64,000 nucleotides of DNA from the human T2T-CHM13v2.0 reference genome, Homo sapiens, in assembly GCF_009914755.1 (NCBI RefSeq), contig NC_060937.1. One strand, 5' to 3'. Below, piece after piece: positions 61,901 to 64,000 of this stretch. The notes under the pieces were generated by a model, which was given only the letters and a program-made list of their open reading frames with translations, did not search any database and was not told the DNA's origin. A program made the position numbers and the translations under genes. Position 1 is the first letter of the stretch. Every line of letters begins with the position of its first letter.

Positions 61901-63649
61901 AGTTCGGAGCTGATTTGCTGCTGGGTTTTATTCCTTATGAGAATCATTCTATCTGAATTTCATTACAATTGTGTAGTCCTTCAGAGTCTTAGCTGAAAAC
62001 CTGGGGTCTATTCCTAGTTACCTCTACTTTTATAAGTCCTGAGCTACAACTTCTGCGCCTTCAGCCCATGAAACTGTAGAATGCTCCGCCCAGCTTCTTC
62101 TCAGGTTTCAAACTGACAACTGACTCAATGAAACAGAAGTGCTAAATATCAAATTCTTTTTTTCTGTTTTTGTTTTTGTTTTTCTGTCTGAGATCCTGGT
62201 ATCCAAGTCCTCTCTACCATCTAAGAATTTGTTATTGTTGTTGTTGCTTTCTTTAATTGTTGTTAATTTTTTACAGATTTTTTTAGTTGTGCTCATAAAT
62301 AGGCCTGATTCAAAGCAACCTACTACACTGTTGTCAAAAATATGGTAATCAGTAAATATTAATTTTTTAACACTGTTCTCCAATTTATGTATTTCTTCTC
62401 CATTACATTAAAACAAAAAAAAGAACTGATTCTGTTCAATAAACATGGGATTTACCTTAAAATTTAGTGCTTTTTTGTTCAAAATTTTTATTAATTGTCG
62501 TGTACTATCCGCTACACTTCACTCCTTTAGATGAGATTATAAGGGCAACATATGGCATTACCATGACAGGAAAACTGTTACTGTATGTGCAGAGATGTTG
62601 ACATTGCTGGAATGGACCATTATGTAATCATGTGAATCTTACGTCATCAGCTTACATAGGACAAAATTAATTTTCCTAGGGAGCAATTTGTATAATGCTA
62701 TTAGTAAATAACATAAAATTTTAGTATATGAGGTCAGAGCTTCTTATGTCATTATTTTAACTTTTCATACCATATTGCCATGTACCTGCTATTTAATTCT
62801 CTTATCATTTAGTGTTAAAGAAAAAAAGAGCCAATATGATACATACTGTGTAATAGGAAGGAGATTTTTGTTTTTGTGTATATGTTATGCAAAACTTTCT
62901 AAATAGTCATCAAAACTATACTAAATCAAATAAGTTGTAGCAGGAATATTAATTTGAAAATCTCCAGATAGATTTAATCTTAGCCAGAAAAAAATGACAT
63001 ACCTTGATTTACAGTCCTACTAAGACATATATTTGAAGTCTCTCAGGCTCATTTATACAAAGGATATTAGGACTTCCATACACAAAACTCAGAGGATTAT
63101 TTTCACACATCATTTTAAAGGTTAAAATTTAATTGACTATCACAGAAATAAACTATATTGATTTATAGTGTTATCATAATTATCCTTAAAAATGAGAACT
63201 ACATTATATGTGCATCATATACTAGAGCTAAGTATGCTAACACACTTTAGGAAATAAGTAAATAAATAAATATAATGTATACTGAGAACCTATTATATGC
63301 TGGGCAATGTCATAAGAACTTTACATTTTAATATAATTAGATTCATGGTGCCTTGATTTTATTCTCCTGGAACTCAGGATAGTGATTATATAAATTGAGT
63401 ATTTTTTGTCCACACCAGGTATGATCCCTGGCTTATTCCTCTAAAGGAAATGTAGGTGGTTTGAAAATAGGCAAAATTTGTCTTGCTTTAATTCTTACAA
63501 AGTGAGACTCAAAATCATATTGTAAATGCACTATATCAAATGGAGTATTCGTTAGTCAATCAGAAACTTATTTTCAATTTCTTTCTAACCTTATTGTTAA
63601 GTTTTATCTCCTACTACTACTGTATATTTTATGGCTCTCTAAAACTTGA

Positions 63650-63651
<2 letters not shown>

Positions 63652-63690
<39 letters not shown>
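63652..63690. repeat. (GT)n microsatellite
   Basis: About 19 perfect units. Confidence 0.97.
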
Positions 63691-63691
<1 letters not shown>

Positions 63692-64000
63692 CTACTAATA
63701 TAAAGACAGTAGAAGAAACATATTTGTGTTCAATGGCCTAAACAACTTACACCTATGAATGTTTAGAAGACATACCTTAGAAATTATTACAATTAAAATG
63801 TTGCATTTATTTGTGGCACAAAGAACTAGATATATTTTGATGGCATCACATTTTTATCAGTCAAAACTCCACGAAGAAACGGAAACATTTTTTTCTATTA
63901 GAAATAGTTGATGCTAATTTCCACATATTGTAATTATCTTGGGCATAACACACCAAAAAGAAGTGAGATTTGTTCAGCCAATGAATGTTTATTAAGCACT

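Overview
AT-rich, CpG-poor primate (human-like) genomic DNA, intergenic or deep intronic. It is dominated by interspersed repeats. There are four primate L1PA copies: one nearly full length, one minus-strand ORF2-long copy with an in-frame deletion, one 3' fragment and one twin-primed inverted stub. It also holds seven Alus or Alu monomers, MaLR/ERVL/ERV1 solo LTRs, two DNA transposons (MER58B, Tigger3), old L1M/L2/MIR fragments and microsatellites. No intact host protein-coding gene is recognisable; the long ORFs are disrupted L1 ORF1/ORF2. I found no convincing novel biological system. The best leads are a frame-compatible candidate spliced exon pair at the window start (donor at 59, acceptor at 686, AATAAA at 894), a 37/39-bp palindrome at 32.8 kb, an unexplained hairpin/ATTCAT cluster at 22.4 kb, and several informative retrotransposition scars. 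Repeat subfamily names come from recalled consensus sequences and need RepeatMasker/Dfam confirmation; old-repeat boundaries are approximate.
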